Shown: in pieces, positions 1 to 14,538 of the stretch | Numbering within the stretch: position 1 is the stretch's first letter | How the letters are laid out: each line of letters begins with the position of its first letter | Source: the human T2T-CHM13v2.0 reference genome, Homo sapiens | DNA length: 64,000 nucleotides | Reading direction: 5' to 3' (one strand) | Assembly: GCF_009914755.1 (NCBI RefSeq) | Contig: NC_060940.1 | Program-made: the position numbers and the translations under genes | Notes under the pieces: model-generated | Database searches by the model: none | The model's input: only the letters and a program-made list of their open reading frames with translations | Told to the model about the DNA's origin: nothing

Positions 1-801
1 GCACCCCAGGAGGAGAAAGAGGCCAGAGGAGGCAGAGGACGCAAGAGACAACCAAACAGTGGAAATTCCCAGAGGGCCGGGACCTTGTCACTGGCTTGTC
101 CTGGAGAGTGCCTGGCACTGCAAAAAGACAGCTTTCAAGTGTAGCAGCTTTGTTTTTTTATAGGGAGCCCCTGACCGCATAAATACAAACCAAAACAACA
201 GCCATATAGGCAGAAAAGAAATGGTGCCATTTTGTTTTATTTTAGAAAAAATAATAAGCTTTCCATTCCCCATCTTTAAAATTAAGAATAAGGAATATGT
301 AAGTCTAATTAATATAATAAATGTATACTTTAATACTATTTATAACTAAATAAGGGGGATGACAGGAGGGCAGGAGGACGGAAGGAAGAAAGGAAGGGGA
401 GAGAGGGAGAAAGAAGAGGACAGAAGAGAAGACGGAGAGGTGGGAAGTGGTAAAAGCTGGAGCTGGTTAGAAGGTGCTCCCGGCTCTTCCCATCACAGCA
501 GGTCACAGGTCCACTGGCTGCAGCTTTATCACTCTAGGCATCTCCAAGGACATCCTCACTGCTTCCGTGCCCTTGGCCTCTAGATTGGAGGCTCCAGAGC
601 CCTGGGATGGTCAGCGTTGGTCAGGGACATGTCTTCTGTCATGGAGATAGTGGGATTGCCCCCTTGGCTTTCGGGAAATGCACCCCACCTTTGCAATTGC
701 AATCTGGTACCCATACATTCAGTGGGGGCTTTCTGCAAGGAGCCCTTGAGCTTTATCCCACTAGCTGGGAAGATTCTGACATGATCCAGTCCAGCCATTT
801 T

Positions 802-1012
802 CACCAGGTCTCAGCTGGGGCCTTTTTGCCTCCAGGGGACATTCAGCAACATCGGGAGACATTTTTGATGGCTGCAGCTAGAGTGGTGCTCCCGGCAGCT
901 AGCAGGTAGAGGCCAGAGATGCTGTTAAACACCCCATAGTGTGCAGGACGGCCCCCACAACAAAGAGTTACGTGGCCCCAAACATCCATAGTGCCAAGAT
1001 TAAGAAACCCTG
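802..1012 (+). mobile_element. MER20-like hAT DNA transposon relic
   Basis: Recognisable MER20 motifs: ggagacatttttg, ggtagaggccagagatgctgttaaacacccc and a gccaagattaagaaaccctg end. Confidence 0.7.
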
Positions 1013-4000
1013 ATCTACGCAATGCCAATGGACAGAGGCTGAGGCCAATGTTCACTCCTGGACATTTCCACGGGCCACATGGCAGCCAACAGACTAGGGA
1101 CTTGAGCAAGGCCGGGAGCGGCTTCCCATTTCTGCACACCTAGATTGTCCAGAGGGCAAATGCCGAAGTCCTGTGAGTCCCAGGTGATGACTACCTAGGC
1201 CCCCGGGCCTGATGAGCTCCCAGGGACACCCTGGTGGTCAGGGCAGTGAGCCCAGAAGCTCAGTGTCCACCATTCCGTATGCACAAATCACAGACCAGAG
1301 CTAGGCAGGAGAGAGTGACTTTCAGCTGCCCTCCTCCCTTCTTCCACTCCCTGTCCCTGCCCTGGAGTCCAGGGCCTCCTCCCCGAGGGCCAGCAAGACC
1401 CTCAAGGGCCTTTAGGGCCAGCTGGCCCAAATCTGTCTTCTAGTGGCTCAGCAAATTCTGCTCTCCACTTACATTTTTACCCATTTCACTAATTATAACA
1501 TGAATCCATTACCAAAAAAAAAATTAAACAAATGCAGAGGGATGTAAAATGAGAAGTAATCTTCCTACTCCCCCCACCAGCCCTGCCCCTCCCACTTTTA
1601 CCCACTTCCATTTATTTGTCCCAGTGGCATCCAGAAAAACTTGATCCTCTGACTCAAAATAGTATTTACTGCCACCCACTCTGGAATGGAGGGAGCTCAG
1701 CTCACCTTCCTTCCTTCCATCGCTCTCCACCTTCACCTCCGGCTTTTTGCTAGTTACAGGATTATTTTTAGTTCTTCCGGTGCTTACCTTTATAACTTTA
1801 AATAAGAAACTTGAGTCAGTATTTGTCAACTCCCCACCAAGTAAGCTGAGGAAATTCTCCTCCCTGCAGCCTCATCTCTGCCTTCTTTCAAATTTTCCAC
1901 TTCCCAGGTTGATGATGTTACCATTCTCTTCTGTCACTGTGGCTGGGCCTTCCGTGTCTCCCCTCTGGGAGAGGGCAGGAAAGACAGGGGACACACAGGT
2001 GGCCAGGGCCGGAAGGGCCTGGCACATTTCCTGTCTTAGCAGTTAGACCTCAGCTTCTGACAAAGTCTTGGGCCCAGTATAGAAAGCAGATCAGAGTAGG
2101 TTTGTTGTGCTGGAAAGGAGAGGGAGGACTCACAGGGCTGCCACAGCACGTGCTTCCAGGGGGTGCCATTGACACCCTAATGCCCCAACCACCAAAGCAC
2201 TTCTCTGCCCAGCCCTTTACAGGGGAGGGACCAGGGCACAGGCTCCTGAGCAGGCTCTTGGTGCACCCCGGCCTCTGTGAACAGGGCTGGCTCTCCCTTC
2301 TGGATAACTACCTAGAGGCAGGTCCCAGAAACCCTGGGCACATCCAACCAGGGGCTGTGAAAGGTGCTCTGGGGCCTGGTTGGCATTGGCTTTCCTCAAA
2401 TCCAGTTCCCCACTGAGTTGTCCATGCTGGCGTCCGACGTTTCCTCTCCTCACCTTCTCTCTTGACCCCACTCCTATCGAGCTCTTGCTCCTCCGCCTGC
2501 TGAGATGGCTCATAGCCCAGTCCTATCCTGGGGGCTGCTCCATCAGCCTCCTCCCACTCAGGGTTCAGGGTTCAGTCCCCTAGTACCTGGTACCTCCTTT
2601 CACTCCCAGCCCCCGCCTCCTCTCGGGCCGCCCTTTCCAGACTCCCTCGATGCCTCCTGCCCACCCACCCAGGCAACTGGTGATGGGGGAGGTCTGCTGG
2701 GGGCTGCTGTATCCCGTCCCCAAGCTCCATCCCAGAAGCACCTCCTCTCAAGGCCTGGTGCCTGGTGACCTTCTCCTGTCTCGTTTTAAACACCTTGTAC
2801 ACTTGGACAACTCTCAAATTCATATCGCCAGCCCAGCCCTCCCTCCTGACTTCTGCCTACTCAGTGCCTGTTTGGACATCAAATGAGTCTCAAGTTAACA
2901 TGAGCCCGTGGAACCCCTGGCTCCCATCCTCCCACTAGAAGCTGCTCTGTGTGCTCCTCCCTCCCTCTAAATGTGTCTCATTCCACCACGTGGAGGTATC
3001 TCTACTTCTGCTCGTCCTCCTGTATCCCACACCGAGGCCACCAGCAGATGCAGCTCCCCTGGCAGGTACATCAGATTCTGACCACTCACACCCTCCACAG
3101 CCACCCCCACTGTGCCAGTGCCATCTGGTGACGACAGCAGCTCTGCAGGCCCCACCCGCTGACCTGCTCTCATGGCAGCAACAGGGCCGTTGTCAACATG
3201 CTTCTGGCCAGAACCCTCGAGGGGCTCCCATCTCACTCAGAGCAAAAGCTCAAGCCCTGACAATGACCTCAAGGGCCTGCTTGCCCCAGCCGGACTCTGG
3301 CCACCCTCACCTCCACCACCTTCCCCAGCCTCACCCACCACCTGGCCCCTCCACGTGTGCTTCCTGCCGCCATGCCTGCCAGTGTTTCCACTGGGCCACT
3401 CGAGGCCCACTTGCTCCCTCATTCCCCTCAGTCTCCCCTATCCAGACGCCTTCCCCAACCACCCTGCATCAAATAGCAGCCCCCAGCAGCTCTCCCCCAT
3501 CACTAATAGCCTGATTCGTTCTCTCACACTACCTCCTGACATATCATCTCTCTGACTCTTCTGTTTACCACCTCACACACGTGTGCACACTCACTTGGAA
3601 CACAGGCCCTGGGAAGGTGGGGCTGTGTCGACTGCCCCATCCCCAGCTCCTGGAACAGTGGCTAGGTGGGATGGACAGCAGGTGCACAGTCAGCCTTCCC
3701 GACTGGGTTGTTAAGCAGTTCTCCCACACCTTGCCCACCCTCCACAGCCGTCTCCTTGCATGAGGCTCGGCCAGCACAGAGAGGCCAGAGGGCCAGGTTG
3801 CCCATCTAAAGGAGGTTTGCCCTGGCTGGGAAAGGAAGAGCAGGACCAAACGCTTCCAGGCTGGTGTCCAGCTGCAGATGACAGCAGAGGGCGTCCTCAC
3901 AGCTTGGAAGCAGAGGTCATGGGCGCCAGGGCGGGGCAGGCACAGAGGCTTGGGAGAGGCTCCTTCTGGCTGAGACCAGAGCCTGCCCAGATGCCACTGG

Positions 4001-4156
4001 CTGGCGAGGAGGCTGTGAGGCCGGGGGCGTGTACAGGTCTGCTCTGCAGCCTCGGCTCTCTCACCCCATCCCCACACCGTTCCTGTCCACGGAGGGCAGT
4101 CAGGCTCAGGAGAGGAGGCCAGGAGTCCTGTTTAAATTTTTTTTCTGGATTTTTAA

Positions 4157-4544
<388 letters not shown>

Positions 4545-5671
4545 GCCAAGTTCATTTTCTCGCAGTGTGACTTCAAGCTTACCTCCCTGAGCCTTGGAAG
4601 CCACCCTTCTGTTTTCTTTTCTTAGGGGCATTCTCACAAGGATTGTCACTGGGTTCTATCAGTGAACACCCTAGCTGGCGAAGTCATCTGCCCTTTCCAG
4701 CCCTGTGGACATCCATGAGCTGGTCAGCATGCCCATCTCTCATGCAGTGGTAACTGCAGGTCCAGCCAGCAAGCTGGCCCCCAGCAGGTCCTGGAGCAGA
4801 TGCAGCCTGGGACCCCACATCGTTCTGTGGTTCAGACACTTGGGGCTCCTCCCTGTGGGCTGCTTGTGGTTTGCCCCGGCAGCAGGGATGGGTGGCCTGG
4901 CAGGCTCCATGGATCACTGAGTCTTCCTTCAGGCCTGGCCCAGCTCCCCACTTCCTGATTTCCCAGATCCTACCCTGGCTTTAGGTTCAAACTTAACCCA
5001 CAATGAACCCCAAAGCCCTTGCAGGCAGCGTCCTCTGAGTGCTTGGCCTGAGGCCTGGGCAGGTGACTTGCAAAAGCCTGGTCTGTCCCCACAGCAGGAG
5101 GTAGCAGGGGTAAAGAGCCCTGATTCCAAAGACCGGGTCCCAGGGAGGCCCAGCCGCTGTATGGCTGTGCAGCCCTGAGCCTCCAAGAGCATCAAATTGG
5201 AAGGGGCACACAGACCCCTTGGTAAGTGAGAAGGAAGTGTGGAGAAGGCAGGGAACTGCTCAGGGGCCGCTGAAGCCCCAGACAGTAATAAAATTATGGC
5301 CTCTGGAGCCAAGGGTCCGGGTCACAGCCTCAGGCAAGGTACTTACCTTCGATGAGCCCCAGTTTTAGTACATTTAACTCAGGGAAATTACACATGAAAC
5401 ATGGTTACACATGCAAAGAATAGAACCTATCTGTTGGCCATTATTATCTTTTAAATGAAAAAATGACAAAACAGTATTATAATAAACATGGTAGTCTCAT
5501 ATAAAAGCTTGATCTTGTCTGAGTGTCCCGGGAGCTGCATGCGTAGCCCTTTTGGCTGTGAATGAGTGCGTGAGGCCAAGACCCCTAAGACCCACTTCCT
5601 CAGTCGCCCCCACTCCCTATGGCCTGGAATGGAGGTGATGTCTTTTCCACAGTGACCTGGAGGGGCCCTGA

Positions 5672-5893
<222 letters not shown>

Positions 5894-7706
5894 TGAGGCC
5901 CAGAGAGGCCCCCAGGCCCTGGCGAGGGCTAAGATGGGACATGCCCAGCCTCTCAGCGCATTGCGTTTACAGCGCCCAAACATCATCCTGCCCCAGGGAA
6001 CCTGCGGGCTGGGGCAGGCAGCTAGATACTAGAAGGAACCTGTCTGTGTTTCTGCCAAGGTTAGGGGCTGGAGTGAGCAGGGAGGCTTTCTGGAAGAAGA
6101 TTCCCAGAGTGGGGCTGTGAGGAACAGGGAGGATTTGGACAAGGAGGGGCAGCCTGTCCCTGAGGTGACTTCCAAGGAGGAGGAGGAGGTGGGCTACCAG
6201 GGGGCCCTTCCAAGGTCACCTTGGGGGGAGGAGCCAAGAGTGGGGCTGGGTAAGCCCAAGCTACCTCTGTGAGACCCTGAGGACCCAAGTAATCCCAGAG
6301 CTGGAAGGAGCAGAGAGAGCTGACCCACCCTCTCCTAGTACGCTTGGGAAGCTGAGGCCTGACAAGAGCAGGGCTTTTCCCAGGCACAGAGCACAGCTAG
6401 AACCCAGGGGCTCTGGGGCCTCAGAGCAGGGGCCTGACGGGTGAGCTGGTTCCCAGGGTCCTGCTGCAGCGCTGTGTCCCCACCTGCAGTAACATGCGTG
6501 CACTGAGGCCTGCTCCGTCCTGTGGGGAAGAGAGGCCAGCAGAGAAGGGGAGGGCAGGGACCCCTGCTGGGAGAGCTGGATTCTAATATTCCCTGCCTCC
6601 CATGTCCCCAACTCCTGCCCGCTCCTGTTCAGACTGAGGGGCCGAGGCTCTGGGCCCAGGAACCCCTAGGCCTCCGCAGATCTGGGGAGCAAAACCTTGG
6701 GCAGAGCAGCCCTGAGGGGCCTCTCTTGCCTTCCCAGGCTCCTTGGTCTCTCCTGCTCCCCCACTGGGAGCACAGGATGGGGATCTCAGCTCAACCCAGC
6801 CCAGCAAGGCGGGGTCTGAGAATAAGCATTCTGGAGGGGCCACAGAGGCCATCTGCCAACGCCCCTGCATTTCAGATGGGGAGGTGGGATCCAGGGGAGG
6901 ATCCCCTGATTGATGGAATGAGAACCAGACCCATTCCTTGCTCTGAGCCCACACTAATCTCTGCCTGCAGTCACTCCGTTGTGTCCGGTGGGACCAGAGA
7001 TCCTTCCCTGTCCCCCTCTGGCAGGCTGTGTGTCAGCAGGCATCCCAGATCTAGGAGGCTACAGGACTCCTCGCTCTGGGGATTGGGGTGGGAGACTGAC
7101 CTTTTACTTCCAGGACGTAAGTCCCACCTGCCCACAGTCTCTTCCAGAATTTTTGTGCCCCCTCGGGAGTAGAGTCTGAGAGGGGGAAGAGGCCAGGCTC
7201 TGATCTGCCAGAAAGGGGCCGTACTGGGCAGAGGTGAGAGCGCCAGCTTTGTCCACAGCCAGACCCAGCTCCACCACAGCTGGACTCTCGCCAGCTTGGG
7301 CATGTCCTAAGCCCATGGGTGGCTCACTTCTGCCATCCACATAACAGGTGACATCTCCTGCCTGCCTCCCTCCCAGGCTGGTTTGGAGTTTGCCCAGAGC
7401 AAACCCAGGAAGGAATAGACTGAGAGGAGGGTCCTCATGCGAGGAGGACTCTCAGAGGCACTTCCTGGGGGTGGCTCAGGTGCGCCCTCTTAGTAAAATG
7501 CTCCTCAGATGCAAGGGCAGGTCTTTGAGTCATGATCTGTGAGCACAGCCAGTCCCAGGACAGACTCCAGGGGTAGTGCCTGGGGATGGCAGTGATCCAG
7601 CTGTCTGTCATCACCTGGAGTGACAAGGTCTTCTAGTGAGGGCTTTTAGCAAGGCTCTGAGCACCATGGCCCCCATCCTCTGCCTCTCAGCGTGCTCACA
7701 GCTTAA

Positions 7707-7931
<225 letters not shown>

Positions 7932-10900
7932 TGAGGAGACGGCCGCAGGATAGGCCAGCCCTCTGAGCACTGGGCCTCGGGTGCCCACAATGGCTCTGGG
8001 GTCCAGCCAGCTGTTGTGGTTAGAGGTTTCCATCATGGACAGGCCGTGCCGGCACTCCACCAATTCTGTATTGCCAAGGCAAATGCCTCATGATGCCAGT
8101 GTGGCAGAGCCTGTGTATGCAACCTGATCACACAGAGCCGTGCAGAATGTGCCTCTTCCATAAACTTGGTGGAGTCACAGAGGCCATCAGGCCATAGCAA
8201 ATTTAAGCAAACCCTAAAAAAACCAGGAGGCAGCCAAGCAAGAATGTACAGGCAACAGAAATAGCAGTCTTAGCCTGACAGCCATCCCTGGGGCACTGGC
8301 GTCAGATGCTGCTGAAGCAGCATGGGGCCGGGGATGCTGAGGGAGAGGTGGGGAGGGCCCAGGATGCTGCAGGAGAGTTGCGTGGGGTTGGGGGTGCTGG
8401 GGAGCAGTGTGTGGGGCTGATGGGCCAGGAAGGGCAATGGGGATGAGGCATGCTGGTGAGTGACAGTCGTGGCTCTGGGCTCCTTTGCCAAATGCCAGAC
8501 CAGGCTCCTACCTTCTGTCTTGCGTCACATTCAGCCTAGGGCCTCAGTGAGGGGACATTCCCCTGGGAGAGTGCAGCCTTCCTCTGGGTCTAGTCCTGGC
8601 TCTGCTACTCACTGGCTTGCTGCTGAATTTAGGCAGCACCCTTTCTGGCTCAGTTACTATTTTCCATAAAAGGGAGATAATAATAGTACCTGCCTGTGGG
8701 GGGCTGTTGGCAGTGGGGTGGGTGATGCGTGTGCAGCGCTCTGGAGCTGTTTCTGGGACAGCAGCGCCAAGCTGGTGGTTGTACAGTTGCTGGTGATTGC
8801 CCTGAGCCTGCAGGTCCACTGCGTGGTCCCCTTCTGGGCTGCAGCCCGCCAGGCACCGAGCATGGCCCACAGGGTCACTGGAGACAAGCCCCAACACTCC
8901 TGACAGCGGGGCCCATAGGCTATGGGGTCACAGCCTGGCGTCTGTCATCTCCTTCTGTCTGGAACACATGCAAATCCCCCACCCCACGCCTCTGAAGGCT
9001 GGCACCGAGGGTTTGAGGTTGGAGGTGGGGCTTGTTGTCATGCTGGGCCTTGAGCGAGGCCTGTCCTCTCTCTGGGTCTGTTTCCTCGTCATTTCTGGCC
9101 CAGCTGGTCCACTGGGCTTTGTGAGGATGGGATCAACTTTGGGGTGTGGGCTACGGGGCACAGTGCTATAGGGAGGAGGAGCCGCCGCCCTGAGGGGCTT
9201 ACACAGAGTGATGGGGCTTTGGGCTGGTGGTGTGGGTAGTCTGGACCCGTTCCGTGTACAGGCTTACCCACCTGACTCTTCCTATTTCAGGCCCACCTGT
9301 ACCCCTGACTTGGGTTTCTGCTGTAATTGTTCTCAATGGCATCTGCAGGCAGTGATGTCAGTCACCAGCCCAGTCTTGATGCTGAGTGGGGCAAGGGTGG
9401 ATGCGCTTCCTGGGCCGTGCTTGGACCCAGACTCACTGACCACCCAAAGCCCAGGTCAGCTTCCTGGCCATGTGCCCCTCACAGTGACTACCCAGACATT
9501 TCCCACTCCCCACTGCTAGACTCTATGCTATTACGGCCACTGCTCCAACTCCTGGGGTCTGAGCTCCACTTGGCTCATCTTTTCTCCCCCATGTCCACCA
9601 CGGTTTCAAAGAGAGCAAAGGAGCTAGAAGCAGGAAGCCAGGAGGGCCCTTCCCCCTGGAATCCAGCCTCTCCCTGGACCTGCCCTGCCAGGCCTGTGGA
9701 TGGCTTCAACCCAAGTCCCAGGCCCACCGGCCATGGGGCTGGGCTCTCGCTCACCTCTGGAAGATGGAAGCAAGGGACGTCTGGGTGAGCCTAGCAGCCA
9801 CAGGCCCTGAGCTCTGCAGCCCATGGGTCCCCAGTGAGCATGAGCCTGGTGCTGGGCCTGGCACTGGGTGACCTTCCAGCCTGCGGGCCTTGCTGCCTGG
9901 AGCACTTGCCCTCCGGTCTTCTCCACCTTCTCTCACCTCCCTTTTTCCCCATTTCCCCCACCCTTCCACACAAGGGCTGGAGCAGAGGACCTTGGAGAAG
10001 CCAAAGCAAATGGAGCCAAGGTCACAGGCAGGCTCTTCCTGTGTCCTTCCTTCCCCAAGGCTGGCCACCTTTGCAGCCCGGGGAAGAGTAGCAGCTCGTG
10101 CAGGGAATGGGGATGACTTTGCAACCTGACAGCAGCCACAAAGGCAGCTCATTGCCGTGGTGGCAGCAAGAACAATACTGGCGCTGTAGAACTAAGCAGT
10201 CATCGCCGTGCGCTGGGGGCGCATGCAGAGGTGGACAGCTTGGGAGTCAGACAGATCTGGTCCAGGGTCTAGCATCACCCCTGCCGCCTGTGTGATCATG
10301 GGCAACCGCCCCACCCTGCCCGGGCCTGCACCTCCTCCTCTGTAGATGGTGACAATGGTAGAATGGACCACCGGGCTAAAAGCTGTAAAAGTGCCTGTAC
10401 ACAGGAATCATCACTCAGTGAATAGCTCCTGTGGCTACAACATTCAGATGCCATGGCTAGAGGTCAGGTTCTAGGATGTGGGAGCTCTGTCTGCCTCAGG
10501 GAGGCAAGAGCCAGGCCCCAGGAACTCAGGCCTTGGTCCTCAGCCATCCTCTCTGGTCAGCGCTGTGCATCCCTCTCTGGCCTGGGGTGAGAGCCTGCAA
10601 CAAAGGTGTCTGGAAGCAGCTTCTGGAGCCAGGCCAGGAGAGCCCTGGGGCTAGTGGCTGCCACTGGCCATCCAGCCGCCCTGTCCGCTGCATCCCGGGA
10701 GCCCGAGAGCCTGGTCCTGGCCTCGTACCTGCTCTCAGCACCGCCCAGCCGGGCCTGCGGCTGCCACAGCTTCTCCACTACCACGGTCGCCTCCACTGCC
10801 TGCAGGGCCTTATCTTGCCAAACCAAGGCCAAAACCAGTTCTGAGAGACCCTCCAAGCCCGGAAGGTATGAAGCACCTCCCTCCAACTGAATCCATCAGC

Positions 10901-11868
10901 TAAGAGTTGAAAGCAGCAGGTTCTCAGGGCACCGCTGGGTGACTTTGCTGTGATGCCTGCCCAGCCCGCCCCTGCGCCCACACTCCTCTCCAGCCACTTG
11001 GCCTGGGCTCATCCCACCCATCCTGCATCTCTTGCCCTGCAATCCACAGGCCCAGGATGGCCATGGCCCCTGTGAGCCCGCACCGGGCTCTCTGCAGGAG
11101 CTAGCCAGGATGCCCTGGCCCTGAGACTGGTTGAACCAATTTTTCAGTATTTTTCTCTCTTTCTCTTGTTGGGTTTTTATCTTCTCTGTTTTCATCTGTT
11201 TTGCTGTGTTTCATCTTGGGGTTCCTCTGGCCCCTCTACTGAGAAACCAGCCCCAACAACCAGTTCTCCCAGAGCCTCCCCCGCTCCAGCCCACCAACGA
11301 GACCACCAACCACACCAAGGCCACAGCAAGCTCACCCCCGAGACGCTATTCCCTGGTGTCTGCTTCCAACTCGGGATTAATTCGAGGATCTCTTAGTCCT
11401 CAGTTAATGTTTCCCAACTGAATGCGTGCACCCTTCCAACCTTGCTGTCAAAACCGAATGAGACCCTGGTAGAGAAATCTGCATGAGCAGGGTTCCGCGC
11501 AGATGCGTTCGGTGGTGGTTGCGGCCCCTGCGCTGTACGTGCATGGTGCATGTCCTCTCCGTGAGCTGGAGCCTCTCCAGTGACCTCACTGCCCCCACCT
11601 GGGGCCAGCTCTCTTTGGAAGGGGGCAGCATCCCCCAACCCTGCCCGGCCCTGCTCCGCCCCGCCCTGCCTGCGTGTGGAATGAAACAGGACCACGTCCC
11701 GTCTGTCCTTGTGGGTCCTCCCGTCTCCGTCCTGGTGGTCTCCGTCCCGGTGGTGCATCCAGCCACATTGGTGGACCTTCCCTTTGCTTGTCCCGCTGTG
11801 TCATTGGCCGCGGTGGGTCAGGGCCCTGGATGCTGCCGCCCCTCACTCACCCCTCCACTCTGTTGCAG

Positions 11869-12022
11869 AACCGCATGCACGAATCCCTGAAGCTTTTTGA
11901 CAGCATCTGCAACAACAAATGGTTCACAGACACGTCCATCATCCTGTTTCTTAACAAGAAGGACATATTTGAAGAGAAGATCAAGAAGTCCCCGCTCACC
12001 ATCTGCTTTCCTGAATATACAG
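11869..12022 (+). CDS. GNAO1: GNAO1 alternative exon 7B (GoB/Go2; [51 protein letters not shown])
   Basis: ttgcag|AACCGC acceptor and ACAG|gtagag donor; 154 nt; NKKD G4 box; lies inside ORF 11674..12192. Confidence 0.96.
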
Positions 12023-13865
12023 GTAGAGACCCCTCCAGGGACAGCAGGCCCCCGAGGGAGCGGGCCCCGTTCCCAAAGCCCAGTCCACCCTTCCTGTGCT
12101 CTGTGGATGCCCCTGACTCTGCCACAGAGAATCCACACAAACGGTCCCCCACCCTGCCCCCAGATTGTGCTCTAGAGAGGAGGGGCAGCTAGCCGGGGCT
12201 TCCTCATCAGGGAAAGCCGGTAGAGCCCTGGCTCTGCCACTTACGAGCTGTGTGACCATGGCGGCCTCTGGGAGCCTGAGCTCCACTGTCTGCGCACAGG
12301 GGCTCTCTGTGACGAGACGAGCAAACGCCGAGAAGATGAGGGGCGGGGCACAGAGGCTTGGAGTTAGGCAGCCCAAGGTTTATGCCCCAGCTCCGCCACT
12401 CACAAGCAGCTCAGGCAGGTCATGCAGCCTCTCTGAACCTCAGTCTCTGGGTCTGTGAGATGGGGTGATGGCTGTGATTGCCCTCGCCTCCCTCACCAGG
12501 TGCTATGAAGAGGGAATGAGCTGATGGGCACGCAGAGCTTCGCGTGGTGCCGCACATAGGAAGCGCTCCCTGCCTGTCTGCTCTTGCCTTTAGGGTTATG
12601 CCTGTAACTCACACGGGGCTGCTGCAAGACTCAAATCACAGAGCTTTGCAAGCAGCAGAGCCCTGGCCCCCTATATAGGGTGCTGGGGATGAGAGGCCAG
12701 CCCTGCCAGTGCTGTGGTGGGTTTACCTGACCATGGGGTGGGCGGGCAGCCAGGAGGGCAGCATGACCAGGGCCCCTGAGGAGCTGCAGGTTGGCAGCTC
12801 TGGTCAGTGACACCAGAGCGGTTACAGGGCCCCAGCATAGCTCGGGTGCCCATCAGCTCTTCTGAGATGGCCAGACCCTGTCCAGAGAAGTGAGTGGGAG
12901 GAGAAGTGGGGCACCCTCAGCCCGACCTGCCCTGAGGCCTTGGAGGGCACAGAGCAGGGGCAGACAGAGTCCCAGTGGGGCATCCCGGGGGCTTGGGGCC
13001 AGGCAAGCAGCACAGCTCTCCTACCTCCTGCCTCCGCCCATCCCCCCATATCAGGCTGAGTGCCTGGCAGGCCAGGACCCAGGCATGTCCAGCTGGAGTT
13101 GAGTAGGGCTCAGCCTCCCTGGAAGCTCCCAGCCAGCTTCCTCTCTAGCCATAGTTGAGGGCCTGTGGATCCTGCCCTAGTGACCCGGGCTTGTGGCCTG
13201 TGGGGCAGTGGAAACAGGTGGGGTCGGTCAGTTACCAAGGCCAGTGTGGGCCTGGAGTGGGGAAGGAGGAGGGGACAAGGGAGGCTGAGTAGTCAGCTGC
13301 AGTCCTAGGACACTCCCCAACCTCCAGCCCAGATTGAGCAAAGAGCTGAGGTCTGGCAGGCCCTCCAGGCTTTCTGCACAGCAGCCCACTCCAGCTTAGA
13401 GCTGCGGCTCTGAACTCCAGCTCCCCTCCCTGCTGCCCCCTCCACAGCCCTGCTTGCACCTGGCATGGATTCCTGGAGGCTGAGGGCCTTCAGTGCAAAG
13501 CTGGGGTCCTGTTCTTCTGCCCCTTCCCAAACTAGAAGCTTCTCTCCTAGACTCTCCTCTCCCTGAGCCTACCTGAGAACCAGCTCAGTGTGTTGCCCCC
13601 TGAGGAAGGCAGCATGTGAGCCAGGCGGTTGTTAATCCCCTGTGAGTGGACAGCAGAAACAAGAAGTTTATAGGCTTCTTCTCCCATCTGGCCCAGCAGT
13701 GGCCACAGGAGGTGATATCAAGGCCTGCTCTGTGGACTCCCAAAGGAAAAGGCCCACCCACAGGGTGTGCATCGACCAGGGCTACCTGCATGAGCCCAGT
13801 GCCCTCAAACTTCCTTGCTCATGACCCATGATAAGATATAACATTTGCCTTAGGAGTCCATAAAT

Positions 13866-14168
13866 GGCTGGGCATGGTGGCTCACACCTGTAATCCCAGC
13901 ACTTTGGGAGGCCGAGGAGGGTGGGTCGCCTGAGGTCAGGAGTTCGAGAACAGCCTGGCCAACATGGCGAAAACCCATCTCTACTAAAAATGCAAAAATT
14001 AGTGGGGCGTGGCAGCACGCACCTATAATCCCAGCTACTTGAGAATCACTTGAACCTGGGAGTCGGAGGTTGCGGTGAGCTGAGATCACACCACTGCACT
14101 CCAGCCTGGGCGACAGAACAAGACTCCATCTCCAAAAAAAAAAACAAACAAAAAAGAAAAACAAAAAG
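13866..14168 (+). mobile_element. Alu (AluS-like)
   Basis: Dimeric Alu with A tail; TSD ggagtccataaat on both sides. Confidence 0.92.
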
Positions 14169-14241
14169 AGGAGTCCATAAATGCATGTATAAAAGGAAAA
14201 TGGAAGTTTCACAAAACGTGCTCCTTTTAATACAGGTGATT

Positions 14242-14538
14242 GGCCGGGCACAATGGCTCACGCCTATAATCCCAGCACTTTGGGAGGCTGAGATGAGAGG
14301 ATCACTTGAGCTTAGGAATTCAGGACCAGCCTGGCCAACATAGTGAGATCCCATCTGTATTAAAAATAATAATAATAATAATAATAAGCCAGGTGTGGTT
14401 TCCAGCTACTCAGGAGGCTGAGAAGAGAGTATTAGTCACTTGAGCCCAGGAGGTAGAGGCTGCAGTGAGCCCTGATCGTACCACCACACTCCAGCTTGAG
14501 CAACAGAGCAAGACCCTATCTCAAAAAAAAAAAAAAAA
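14242..14538 (+). mobile_element. Alu (AluJ-like) with (AAT)n in the middle linker
   Basis: ggccgggcacaatggctcac start; A tail; TSD aataca(g/a)gtgat. Confidence 0.88.

Noticed and set aside
355-450. Purine-rich tract and the 74-aa Glu/Arg-rich ORF
   Set aside because: Low-complexity (GA-rich) sequence with no coding signal.
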